Source of the DNA: Eledone cirrhosa
Taxonomy: Eukaryota
NCBI GenBank assembly: GCA_964016885.1
Contig: OZ024747.1
Span: 31,558,001 to 31,622,000 of the forward strand
Direction: 5' to 3'
Length of the DNA stretch: 64,000 bases
Shown: positions 13,115 to 26,288 of the stretch, in pieces
Position numbering within the stretch: the stretch's first letter is position 1
How the letters are laid out: each line of letters opens with the position of its first letter
The notes under the pieces: generated by a model
The model's input: the letters and a program-made list of their open reading frames with translations, nothing else
What the model was told of the DNA's origin: nothing
Databases searched by the model: none
Program-made: the position numbers and the translations under genes

Positions 13115-14343
13115 AGTTTGTAGGAAAGAAAACAAGGCGGCGGTCCCTTCTGGGAAATGGTCGTGCTCGGTGTGTAGGAAAGGCGTAGGTAGAAACTCCA
13201 TTTTATGTCCTAAATGCAAAGTATGGGTGCATAAAAGATGTAGTGGGATCACAGGTAGGCTAACTAAGAACATAGATTTTACATGTGGCCGGTGCTCTGG
13301 TGCAATAAGTAGCAGCAAGTGCCCACAAACTACTAGCTCTTTCAATTGCGCAGAGGGTTCTATAGAAATAGTGGACAGCTTCCGTTACCTGGGCGATAAA
13401 ATCAGCAGTGGGGGAGGGTGCTCTGAAAGTACTGTAGCTAGAGTCAGAACTGGTTGGAAAAAGTTCAGAGAGCTTATACCACTATTAGCTGCTAAAGGGT
13501 TCTCACTAAAAATGAAAGGCAGGTTGTACGATGCCTGCATACGAACAGCAATGCTGCATGGCAGTGAGACCTGGGCATTGTGTGCAGAGGATATACGCAG
13601 ACTAGAGAGGAACGAAGCTTGCATGCTCCGCTGGATGTGTAACAGTAATATACGTGAACGGCAAAGCATAAACGAACTAAGGAATAAATTAGAGATAAGA
13701 GGGATCAGATGTTGTTTACTCGAGAGAAGGCTACGTTGGTATGGACACGTGATGCGCATGAAAGTCGATAGCTGTATAACAAAGTGCAGGGCAATAAAGA
13801 TAGACGGTAGTCACGGAATAGGCAGACCTAGAAAAACCTGGGACGAGCTGATAAACTCCGACATCACACACTTACACCTCTCCAAGACAATGTCACTGGA
13901 CCGAGACCTTTGGCGGTACTCAGTAACAGAGAAGACCCGCCTTACCTAAATATATAGTAAAACCTACTCCAGCCAGTAGGCATCTCTAACAAATACACCC
14001 CGTCCCACCACCCCCACCCGATCCACACCACCCCGTTCTATGTAAAGTTATGTTGGTGCCGCGCCATCGAGGCCGAAACAAATGAGATCGTGTAGGTGTC
14101 ACGACAAAAAAACACACAGTCCACGCTGTAATGTGGCCGTGTAGGCAACACGGTAAAAACCTCCCAGACCCACACTGTAAATGTGGTTGGTGTTAGGAAG
14201 GGCATCCAACTGTAGAAAACCTGCCAGACAGTCCTATGCGAGCAAGACAATCACTCTTGCCTCAAGTGGGACTACCCCCGTCCAAACCCATGCAAGCGTG
14301 GAACACGGACGTTAAACGTTGATGATGATGATGATGATGATGA
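13110..14343 (+). mobile_element. Young 5'-truncated RTE LINE
   Basis: Frame open to the natural stop at 13949 (CSVC...HKRC...CGRC, FRYLG, RLRWYGHV, GRPRKTW); 3' UTR with (GAT)n tail; (TA)n at the 5' junction. Confidence 0.92.
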
Positions 14344-14972
14344 TATATAGAATTAGTATATCTACCAACATATGTATACAGATGTATACCCATGCTAGCA
14401 AATATATATGTTATGTCTTAGTACCTTTGTGGTTCTATGCAGGGGGATGCAGAACAATTATATGAAAGACGTAAAATAAGAAAATTTTAAAAATATATAT
14501 ATATTGCCAAGACTGGAATTGAACCATCAGCACAGTTGAGGTATGTTATGCATCAATTTATGTATTTTATCTGATGTGGACGTACTGAAAAAACAACGAC
14601 TACTAAATATTTAGTAGTCGAGTAAGAGTGTTTAATTGTGTGTCAGTTAAAGATTCTACTATATTTATTCGTTTTTGGAAAACATTTATCAAGAGCATTA
14701 AGGAAAAGATAAGCTAAGTTCTTCTTGATTCCTAATGATACTGGTGGACTATACCAAAAAACAGAACGGGATTGAACTATTTTACAGGACCTATTGGTTT
14801 TATAGGAGTTATATCAATTCGAAATCAGATTTGTCCTTACTCCATATCTTAGGTTTTGGATATCAGCATTATTAGAATTGTTATAAACTGTATGTGTATT
14901 AGTGTTAATATCTATTGTATTGTATGCTGATATATCAGCTGGTTATAAATCTGACTCTTTTTCATTGAACAA

Positions 14973-15250
<278 letters not shown>

Positions 15251-15904
15251 AGATGTCTATGATGTTTTTCAGGCCCTCAAAGACTCCATGCAAGGGACAG
15301 AGGAAGGTATTCTGATGCTGGAGATCTCTTGATTCAAATGCTTGCACCCGCTATTGTCTTATGGGTGTTCAACTAGATCAAGGCTAGGAGGAACTGAAAG
15401 TGCATTTGACCATGCTTGTGTATAAAAAGTCAACAAAGAGAAACAGCACAGGAGAACAATACAGTACAATAATGATATATATTATAGTTTAAGCTTGATA
15501 TAGCAGAAACATAATTACAATTTTTCAGATGTTTGTTCTTCTTTGGAAGATAGAATGAGAAATGGAAAATTAGATGAGAGTAATAAAAAAAATGAAAATA
15601 GTGTCTGTCTCAAGACCTTAAATAGTCATTGGGGAAGATACAGAACTATTCGGGGAAGAACTGAGGCAGTTAATGTTGGGTCATGTGAAATGGAAAGGTT
15701 TAATCATGTTAACACAATGGATAAATTTTGTAGAAGTAGAAATAGTAAAAACCGTCCATCATAATTTTATGTAAGCACCTTTGTTAAGTTATATTACAAA
15801 AGAGAGTCATTGAGGAAGATACAGAGGCAGTTAATGTTGGATTGTGTGAGATGGAAAGATTTTATCATGTCACCACAAGAAGTGGATGAGTTTAGTAGCA
15901 ATAA

Positions 15905-17854
15905 CACTGGTCAACAAAAAAATATTCATTTCATGGTTCTGGTATAATTTAGTATGATTCTAGGGTAATCAAGTGTGCAGAATCTGAATATGACAGTGGT
16001 TAAGCTGTATCGGGTCTAGTTTTCGAGAACCAGCATATCCATGTTTATGACCCATAGCTATGTGGCTAATATTACTTCATCCAATTGTATCCACTATATT
16101 TAGTTGTTAACTAATTTACACTTACTGCTTTTGTTTCAAATCACAGAATTGTAACTATCCTCAACTATTCTTGGATAATTCACAACAACTTCACTAGTGG
16201 GAGAGATGGAACGCCGGAAATGTGTAAATGACCCGGACTGATTTTGCTATATTTGTGGAATATTTACCCCAGAAAGCATAAAGAAACCAATCACAAAAGC
16301 AGTTCGAGTAAACTACAAATGCTACTTCAAATGTCCATTAGGAGACCAGGACAAGAAATGGGCACCTCATATAGCTTGTAGGTCATGTGTTAATCACCTA
16401 AGTGAATAGAAGAATGGGAAACGAAGCTCTGATTTGCCATTTGCCGTACCAATGGTGTGGCGAGAAGCAAAAGACCACAATAACGATTGCTATTTCTGCC
16501 ATATAAACATCCAAGGAATAACTGTGAAGACACAAACTACACTTCAATACCCCGATATCTCGTCAGCAATCCGACCAGTACCTCACAGTGACGAATTACC
16601 TGTTGCAGTTCCACCTGCTGAACACGAGCTAATCTCTGGTTCTGATTCCAGTAGCACCCCTATTAATGATGACTATCAAGACGAACATGAGACAAGTGAA
16701 CCCATACCATTTAACCAGGAAGCGCTTCACGATCTCATTAGAGACCTACATTTGTCTAAAGAAAAGGCAGAGCTCCTGGGATCAAGACTGAAGCAACAAA
16801 ACCTGCTGGAACCTGGCGTCCGCATTACAACCGCTCGTCATCGTCATAAACAACTTAATTAGTCTACTTTTAGGTCTTCAGACTGGTTACACAAAGCATA
16901 TGTGTTTTCTATGTTTGTGGAATAGTAGAGCAGATGCGGAGCACTACATGAAGAAGGATTGACCAACAAGACCAAAGGATGCACCCGGTAGATCCAACTG
17001 TCTGTACAAACCTCTTGTGGATCCAGAAAAAGTATTCCTCCCTCCATTACATCTCAAATTAGACTTGGCCAAAAACTTTATTAAAAGCATGGATCATACA
17101 GGTAATGGGTTTCAGTACTTGTGTAAGAAATTGGGTAGAGTGGTATCTAAAGCAAAGTTAAAAGCAGGGGTTTTGAATGGTCCTCAGATTCGTATGCTGG
17201 TTAATGATAGTGAGTTTACGAAAACACTAAACCCTTTGGAGACTAATGCATGGAAATCATTTGTAGATGTGACACAGAACTTTCTTGAAAACCACCGTGC
17301 AGACAACTATAAAGAAATTGTTGAAACTATAATACAAAATTATCGCGCTCTGGGTTCACGAATGTCATCCCAAGTATCTAGGAGACATCAGTGATGAACA
17401 TGGAGAGAGGTTTCACCAGGACATTGCCATAATGGAGAGTAGGTATCAGGGCCAGTTCAATCCCAACATGATGGGCGACTACTGCTGGACACTGCAACGT
17501 GAGGAGAGCCAGTAAAACAAGCGTAAAAGCAAAATCCATAAATTTTTTTTTAATGTTTTGAAATATTTTATGTTCAGAATGTTGTTCAAAAATGTTTTGT
17601 TAATATATTAAGTGTTAAAAAAATAAATAAAAATATGTTTATATAATTTTATTAATAAGTTAATATGTTTATATCTAAGTCATCATATGTTACACAATGG
17701 ATAAATAAGGCAATACGAGGAACATATTTTCGATCTCATATTAAGGCATTCTGGTCTGATAGCAAAAAATGAATATCAAAACTGAATTTAGTGCTATGAA
17801 ATTAGTAAGATGCACATATTCACATGTAAGAACCATTTTGGCTGTTGACCAGTG
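15905..17854 (+). mobile_element. Chapaev3-like (CMC superfamily) DNA transposon, internally deleted
   Basis: TIRs CACTGGTCAACA (15905) / TGTTGACCAGTG (ends 17854), flanked by TAA / TTA; encloses a decayed transposase. Confidence 0.8.
16206..17550 (+). pseudogene. Chapaev3-type DDE transposase pseudogene
   Basis: MERRKCVNDPD*FCYICG; LGDQDKKWAPHIAC; PMVWRE..DH..DCYFC; LPPLHLKL; GPQIR; SDEHGERFHQDI..ME.RYQG...MMGDYCW; stops and deletions near 16860 and 17370. Confidence 0.8.
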
Positions 17855-18715
17855 TTATTGTAGTAGAATACAAGAAAATATATTTTCTGAGGAGGAAAAT
17901 ATGTGTGTAGTGTGTGACTTTCCCAATATTAAAGGAACTATTTTGTTGCTTGTCTTCTTAATATTATTATCTTTATAATTTCCTCCACCTCGTCATCATC
18001 ATCATTATCCTGTTGATGTTGTTGGACCCTCTGCAAGGAACAAAACCTCCTTGAAGTTTCTCTACTCTATTTCTTACTAAGGTCTGGCCCCACCCACTGA
18101 AAACTTGGTCACTCGTGTGGGGTCAATACTCCCATAGGGAATGTTTATTGAATTGTATGTGTGTGTGGTACCTTTGTGTGTGGGCCAATCTCTACATTCT
18201 CTTACATAATCCACCATCTCATCATAAGCAGCACCATCATCAGTACCATTACCATAATCATCATCAGCACCATCATCATTATCTTTATTATCATTATTAT
18301 ATTCATTTTGTCTGAGAATGTTGTTTAAATTCTATAATGTCTAATTGGCATAAATGGTAATGGGAAAACCATTAATGATGTTTGTAGAGAGAGAGAGAGA
18401 GGTAAGAGGAAGAGAGAGGGATATATATAGAGAGAGAGGAAGGGTAGAGGGAGAGTGGAGGAGAGAGACAGAGAAAGAGAAAGTGGATGAAGAGAGAGAG
18501 AGTGAGAGAGAGGGAGATAGAGAGAGAGAAGTAAGGGGAGAGAGGAAAAGTTAGTGTGAGGAAATGCCAAAGAGATAATTTACTGCAGCAAAGTTTGCAT
18601 ATTTGCATATTCTCTATAGAAATAGGACATTACACAAATTTTTCTGAGGAAAGGTGTGTATATTTGTATGTGTAAGTGTACTTTTGTATGTGTTTGTGTA
18701 CATTTGAGTGCAAAC

Positions 18716-20068
18716 ATCATCATCATCATCATCATCGTTTAACGTCCATGTTCCACGCTTGCATGGGTTTGGACGGGAGTTTTCCCACTTGAGGCAAGAG
18801 TGGTTGTCTTGCTCGCATAGGACTGTCTGGCGGGTTTTCTACAGTTGGATGCCCTTCCTAACACCAACCACATTTACAGTGTGGGGCTGGGAGGTTTTTA
18901 CCGTGTTGCCTACATGGCCACATTACAGCGTGGACTGTCTGGCGGGTTTTCTACAGCTGGATGCCCTTCCTAACACCAACCACATTTACAGTGTGGGTCT
19001 GGGAGGTTTTTACCGTGTTGCCTACACGGCCACATTTACAGCGTGGACTGTGTGTTTTTTTTTGTCGTGACACCTACACGATCTCATTTGTTTCGGCCTG
19101 GATTTTGTGGCACCAACATAACTTTACATTGAAAGGGGCGGTGTGGATGGGGTGGGAGTGGTGGGACGGGGGTGTATTTTGTTAGAGATGCCTACTGACA
19201 AGTAGGTTTTACTATGTATTTATGTAAGGCGGGTCTTCTCTATTACTGAGTACCGCCAAAGGTCTCGGTCCAGTGACATTGTCTTGGAGAGGTGTAAGTG
19301 TGTGAGGTCGGAATTTATCAGCTCGTCCCAGGTTTTTCTGGGTCTGCCTACTCCGTGGCTACCATCTATCTTTATTGCCCTGCACTTTGCTATACAGCTG
19401 TCGTCTTTCATGCGCATCACGTGACCATACCAACGTAGCCTTCTCTCGAGTAAACAACATCTGATCCCTCTTATTTCTAATTTTTTCCTTAGTTCGTTTA
19501 TGCTTTGCCATTCGCGTATATTACTATTACACATCCAGCGGAGCATGCAAGCTTCGTTCCTCTCTAGTCTGCGTATATCCTCTGCACACAATGCCCAGGT
19601 CTCACTGCCATGCAACATTGCTGTTCGTATGCAGGCATCATACAACCTGCCTTTCATTTTTAGGGAGAACCCTTTAGCGGCTAATAGTGGTATAAGCTCT
19701 CTGAACTTTTTCCATCCAGTTCTGACTCTAGCTACTGTACTTTCAGAGCACCCTCCCCCACTGCTGATTTTGTCACCCAGGTAACGGAAGCTGTCCACTA
19801 TTTCTATAGAACCCTCTGCGCAATTGAAAGAGCTAGTATTTTGTGGGCACTTGCTGCTACTTATTGCACCAGAGCACCGGCCACATGTAAAATCTGTGTT
19901 CTTAGTTAGCTTACCTGTGATCCCACTACATCTTTTATGCACCCATACTTTGCATTTGGGACATAAAATGAAGTTTCTACCTACGCCTTTCCTACACACT
20001 GAGCATGGCCATTTCCCAGAAGGGGCCGGCGCCTTATTTTCTTTCCTACAAACTAGAACTTTAGTCTT
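18716..20068 (-). mobile_element. Young 5'-truncated RTE LINE, near-identical inverted partner of 13110-14343
   Basis: ORF 19220-19999 almost identical to the ORF ending at 13949; (CAT)n at 18716; 112-bp duplication in the 3' UTR. Confidence 0.92.
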
Positions 20069-21290
20069 ACATGTGCATATGTATAAGAATTATGGAATAA
20101 GAAGCTCGTTGAACCAAATACAAAAGAAAAATCTATCAAAATATATTTTTTTTTTTTCAGTTATATATCGAGCCAAGTGTGTTATAACCAGGCAAAATAT
20201 TTTTCTTGTCTACATAACTTTAGCTGAGTTTTTCTATATTTGTCTTGCTTCTTAAATATAACATAACCCTAGCAGTGAGCGCTAAAAGTGGTATAAATGG
20301 CAGAAAAACAGTCTACATATTTCAAGAGTATCCTATTCCCTCCTGCCATTTATTTCTGATTTCAAATCTTAACAGGTTTACCAATTTTACCATTCTCCCT
20401 CAAGCTAGGACAAGTATATGATAAGGTTTTAAAAAGACAAAACAAATACTGAAACTCATATGAAAGTAAACAGATGGTTGTAATTTACACACAGCTGCAT
20501 TATCATCTTCATTCTGATGTCCATATTTCAATGTTTGCATAAGTTGGATGATATGTGTGTGTGTGTGTGTACACTCACACACACATTTGTACCTAATGGA
20601 TTTTCTGTAAGTTTCAGCGATGAACATTATTCCAGTTGTTTAATCAACTAAACGTCCATTACATACATGAAGACACCCACTTGCATACACATACTGTCTC
20701 TCTTTGACACACACATCTACATACATATATTGTCCTTTACACACACCAACACACTTGCATACACATACTCTCACTCTCTCTCTCACACACAGACCAACAC
20801 ACTTTCATACATATACTGCTGCTCTCGCATGCACACCCAAAGACACACACTTACATACACATACTGTGTATCCCTCTCTCACACACACACACTCACATAC
20901 ACATAGTGTCTTTCTCTCACACACAAACTCACATACATATAATGTCTCTCTAACACACACATATGTAAATATAAATACAACAGGTTGTTTTTTCTCCATA
21001 TTCATACACATACACACCCTCATACATATTTACATATATTCAGTATAGTTGATAACAAAAGTATTTTCAAGTGATAAACAAAATGAATCAATGAACCTTG
21101 GATCGTTCAAGAATAGACTTGTGAAATATTCATTGATCTTTAAATTTGAAATACTTTGCTAATATGTAGCAGTTACTTGTTACAAATGATATAGGCATTG
21201 ACTCAGGACCAGATTTAGACCATGGCGGGCCAAGGACAGGTTTGGTGGGCCCCTTCATATTACAACTCACCGACATCTATATAAGTATAT

Positions 21291-21321
<31 letters not shown>

Positions 21322-21339
21322 CATATTTCATTTTTTTTT

Positions 21340-21662
21340 TCATTTTACGTTCGCTTTTTCCCTGCTTGCAAGGGTGGGATGGGAACTGATTTTTGGCTTG
21401 ATTTCTACAGCTGGATGCCTTTCCTAGCACCAACCTCATTTACAGTGAGTGCTGGGTGCTTTTTTGCCGTGGCACCTCCACGACCACTTTGCAGTGGAAT
21501 GATATGAACCCCAGTCCCTATCATCTCATTTCTACAGCTGAGTAAACTGGAGCAATGTGAAATGTCTTGCTCAAGGAAACAACACATCACCCGGTCTGAG
21601 AATTGAACTCACAACCTTTCGATTGCAAGGCCAATGCTCTAACCACTAAGCCATGTGCCTCT
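21340..21662 (-). mobile_element. RTE 3' UTR fragment (21340-21490) abutting SINE family 1 (21515-21662)
   Basis: CTACAGCTGGATGCCTTTCCTAGCACC; TTGCTCAAGGAAACAAC...GAACTCACAACC...CTAACCACTAAGCCA. Confidence 0.7.
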
Positions 21663-21667
21663 CTCTC

Positions 21668-21806
<139 letters not shown>

Positions 21807-21809
21807 GTA

Positions 21810-22460
21810 ATAATAATAAAATTGAAGACTAAAATCCAAAGAGGGTAGAAGATCCCGTTAAGGGTGAAAGCAGCGATTCTTTGCTTAAACTTTAATCTGT
21901 TATTTTAATAAATATTTGCTCTATGGTTCTTATATATTTGATATATATTTTCCTTATCGAGCCCTCTTTGGATTTTAGTCTTCAATTTTATTATTATTAC
22001 TATTTGGCTCCCTCGGTTGACCACTCTACTGACTTATATTCATCATGCAGAAACAACATCTGAATATTTCTACAAAGAACATACCCGTACCAAGCAGGAA
22101 AACATACCTAAAACTCCTGATACAGAAAACAGACGCGATCATTAAAAGGTTGCGTTGGCGTGCCTTTTATTTCGATAATCCGCGAAAAGCAGACAACAAA
22201 CAGGATAAATTTGGATTTAAAACCTATAATAACCCTCCGTGGAACCCAGCATTGCTACCCTTCAAAAATGATTCGTTTTTTCCCGTTCTTTGCCAGCGAA
22301 CGTTTCCACGAACTAAAGTATCGTCTTCCTGTCTTCCTCCGGTTGCAATGTTTTTTGAAATATCCAGTTCTGCGTTTACAGATTGACTTTGTTAGTTTCA
22401 GAAGATCCCGTTAAGCGTGAAAGCAGCGATTCTTTGCTTAAACTTTAATCTGTTATTTTA

Positions 22461-22465
<5 letters not shown>
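21810..22465 (+). mobile_element. Penelope-like element fragment: pLTRs and ORF N-terminus
   Basis: ORF 22045 STKNIPVPSRKTYLKLLIQKT...KRLRWRAFYF, homologous to the ORF at 28326; direct repeat 21846-21914 / 22400-22467; short inverted repeat 21805-21845 / 21962-22000. Confidence 0.8.
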
Positions 22466-22521
<56 letters not shown>

Positions 22522-22545
22522 CATATATATATACATATATATATA

Positions 22546-23057
22546 TCATAAATCATGTCCTTAGAATTATTAGACAAAATATATACCATTTCCTCTCCCA
22601 ATTAGCATATTTAACCATATAAAAAAATCAATTAGACCAGGCTATAAGAATAAAGGCTCCTATGAAGAAATATTTGATAAATAACCGAAAGCGGCCTCTT
22701 CGCGGTGACCCCAATAGAGTAGTTACCCAACATTTCAACAGCATGTAGAAACTGACTAAATATACCGTCAACCATACACAATTATGTGTAAATTTAAACT
22801 TAGAAGAAACATGTACATACCGTAATTACATCTCTACCATGGTTTCGTCCATATTTTTAGATATCCTATTGTAAGGATGAATCTAGAGTAACAGACTCTT
22901 CAGGAGACAAACTCAGTTGGACAGTTAATTTTCCAAAGCGATCGCACCAAAAATAGATTAAAAAATGGCTGAAAACCGTGACGTAGCAGTGGGATAATTC
23001 GGAGAGGAAATGGTATATATTTTATCTAATAATTCTAAGGACATGATTTATGATATA
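22546..23057. mobile_element. ORF-less ~510-bp element with ~50-bp inverted ends and an internal hammerhead
   Basis: TCATAAATCATGTCCTTAGAATTATTAGA...CCATTTCCTCTCC versus GGAGAGGAAATGG...TCTAATAATTCTAAGGACATGATTT; (TA)n on the left. Confidence 0.7.
22831..22907 (-). ncRNA. Hammerhead ribozyme motif with extended stem II and palindromic stem III
   Basis: UCUC-CUGAAGA-GUCUGU...AUCCU-uacaau-AGGAU...AUGGAC-GAAA-CCAUGG-UA-GAGA. Confidence 0.8.
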
Positions 23058-23231
23058 TTGCTCTGATTATTTAATTTATTAATTCTTCATTGAGCCACAA
23101 CGTGATCGGTTGCCACATATATATCTGTGACTTTATGTATATGTAAATCTTTATATTTATATATATATATAGTAATAATAATAAATGTGAAGACTTCGCT
23201 TTTTTTATATATATATATATATATATTATAT

Positions 23232-23965
23232 ATGTGTATCCAAACAGCGATGTTGCATGGTAGTGAGACCTGGGCGCTGAAGGTGGAAGACTTACGTAGA
23301 TTAGAGAGAAACGAAGCCTGCATGCTCCGATGTATGTGTAACAGTAATATACGTGAACGACAAAGCATAAATGAATTGAGAGAGAGACTGAGCATAAGAG
23401 GAATCAAATGCTGTGTGCAGAAGAGGCGGTTGCGCTGGTATGGACATGTGATGCGTATGAAGGATGACAGCTGCATAAAAAGGTGCAGAGCACTAGAAGT
23501 CGATGGAAACCGCAGAGTGGGGAGACCCAAGATGACGTGGGATGAGGTGATAAAAGCCGACCTTACCCAATTACACCTCTCAAAGGCAATGACACACGAC
23601 CGTGACCTCTGGTGTCACGCAGTAATACAGAGTACCCGACCTCCCATGGGTACAAGCTGAAGCATATAGACAATATGACCCTACACCCCCCACCGCAAGG
23701 TGGTCGTGGAGGTGCCACGGCAAAAAAGCACCCAGCCCACACTGTAAAGTGGATGTGTAGGCGCCACGAAAAAGCACCCAGCACTCACTGTAAATGAGGT
23801 TAATGTTAGGAAGGGCATCCAGCTGTAAAAATCAAGCCAAATCAGTTCCTGTATGAGCAAGGCATGGCCAGCCGACCAGACACTGCCCACAACAGGACAA
23901 CCCGTCTAACCCATGCTAGCGTGGAAGAACGGACGTAAAACGGTGATGATGATGATGATGATGAT
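23232..23965 (+). mobile_element. 5'-truncated RTE LINE
   Basis: CIQTAMLHGSETW...RLRWYGHV...GRPKMTW; 3' UTR with (GAT)n. Confidence 0.9.
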
Positions 23966-24254
23966 ATATATATAAAATATATTTATATATATATATATAA
24001 GCAGGAAAAGAGAGAAGAAGAAGAAGAAGAAGAAGAAGAAGAAGAAGAAGAAGAAGAAGAAGAAGAAGAAGGGGCCCTGTTTGGAGAGGGGTGTGTCTGT
24101 TTGATGTAGGGGTTCCAGGGTATTTGCCACCATATCCCCCCAATATATCCAGCCCTGTTTTGACACATAGCCATAAAAGAAACCCTGAAAACAAATTAAA
24201 CATATATTTCCATTCAATGTGTGTTATTGTAATTGCATGTATCAAGATATTAAA

Positions 24255-25210
24255 TTCTGATACAATTGATGTTAGCTCTAATTAATTATGTAAGGTTTGA
24301 ACACAATAAGAAGAGTATATATTTGATTCTGTTGATACAGTTGACCTTAGCTTTGATTTATTAATCAGAGGTTTAGAACAAGATAAGATGAAGATATATT
24401 TAATTCTGCTTACACAGTTGATCCTAGCTTTGAGTTATCAAACTGAAGTTGAGAACAAGATAAGATGAAGATATATTTCATTTTAATAGAGTTAGTTGAT
24501 CACAACTTTGTTATTCTGAGATTAAGTTTAGATTATGGTAATTGATTTTGATACAATTGAGCCAAGCATAATTAAATATCTGAGCTGAGATCAAGATAGA
24601 ATTAAGATATGTTTCTAATGTACATGGATACCAGCTGTGATTGATTTACAAAGAAAACATAGAATTAGGATATTTTAGTTTGATACATTCAGTCACATTT
24701 TCTTTCATATTTTGAACAGTGTTAGATACCAAAAAATTAAAATAAAATGATTCACAGCATGTGAGCCTTTATGTAGAACTAAATCCCAGATATGAATTAT
24801 TACAGTCTATAATAAAATTAACCAGTCAAGAATTATCATAGTCAGTCAGCCATATAAAATGAAATTCAAATAAAAATGTATATAATCCATTTAGCCAATT
24901 TTACTGTAGCCTGGATAAGGTTGGAATATTGTTGATCATATCAGGACAGGATACAATTGATCATCAGAGCTGAGATCAAGACAAAGGAGTTGATCTGAAT
25001 TTTAAATGATTATGTGAGATCAAGGTAAGGTTAGGTAAGTCTTTTATAGTTAACCCCAGTTTAGATTGATCATGTTTATATATTTAGGATTTTACAATTG
25101 ATACAAGCTTAGACTGATCATATGATCTATGATCAAGCTCAGGTTTAAATATTTGAGTTGTTTACAGTTAACCCTAGCTTTGATTGATCATGTGATCTGA
25201 GGACAAAATA
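24255..25210. repeat. Degenerate ~70-bp tandem repeat
   Basis: Recurring (GA)TACAATTGA..CTAGCTTTGATT.ATCA....TGAG..CAAGATAAG core. Confidence 0.65.
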
Positions 25211-25658
25211 ATATCACAGCTTTCATTGGTCACCTATACAAATATCTGTTTACTGACTTCTGAGCTTGTTTATTTGAGTTATAAAGGAAATAAATAAATT
25301 CCAAGTAGGAACTAGTATATGCCACATATAACATTTTAAGATTAATATTTGCAACAATTCTTCGGTAACACTGAGCCAAGAAAACTATACTTTTAACCAA
25401 TATATATAGCAGATAAAAGATAATATATTTTTCTTTTGTCAATCAATATATATATAAGTAACAATTGACATAGTAAACATTATATTTTCTGAAATGGAAA
25501 AATGAAAACAAAATGCTAAAGAGAGAAAATGAAAAGAATGTTATGGCCAAAGACTCAAATCTTTTGAAAAAGAAACTGTGTCGGAAATATTAAAAGCAAT
25601 CTTTTTTCTTGGTGTGTCTTTTATTATTATTATTATAAAACATATTATATTTACTCAC

Positions 25659-25740
25659 CATTATCTGACATAAATCCACCAGTAAGGCACAGAATTAACA
25701 GAGTCCATTGATTTAGCCTTTCTTCAAAATGGTGCATTTT
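25659..25740 (-). CDS. Candidate host exon, possibly a first coding exon (MHHFEERLNQWTLLILCLTGGFMSDN+G)
   Basis: Strong acceptor ttcatttctttcttccattttatag, donor gtgagt; ATG at 25737, 26 codons + 1 nt, hydrophobic stretch; unique sequence. Confidence 0.45.
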
Positions 25741-26231
25741 CTATAAAATGGAAGAAAGAAATGAAGACTGTAGCAGAGATTATGAATATGGAGATATAAA
25801 GAAATAATAAGGCATAAAGAAAAGATAATATAAATGAAAATAAAATCTGAAATGAATAAAATGAATGACGCAATTTAAAATTCATTCTTTATAGTAAATA
25901 AAGATATCCATTACTAACATTTCTCTAAGATTACATGGCAAAAGAAACAAAAAAGCATAAGAAAATAACTATAAATATTTATGTATATGTGCATAATTAT
26001 ACTCATATATATATTAAGAGAGACATATATAGATATATACATGCAAACACACACACACACACACACATATATGTATATATCTGTATGTGGTTGCTGGTTG
26101 AGAGAAAGGAGTACTCATAACTGAAGTAGAGTTTTAATATTATTAAGGCACATTATGCTGAAGTTTTGTCTGTTTATCACAGGGGAACTTACAACTCAGT
26201 CTCAATAGAATATAATAATATATGTATATAT

Positions 26232-26284
<53 letters not shown>

Positions 26285-26288
<4 letters not shown>

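Noticed and set aside
13071-13949. Domesticated PHD-finger host gene
   Set aside because: The start lies in a (TA)n run; multiple dispersed copies with LINE tails show it is a truncated retrotransposon.
15529-15764. Possible terminal exon (tttttcag|...RPS*)
   Set aside because: No recognisable domain; overlaps a local duplication; could be chance.
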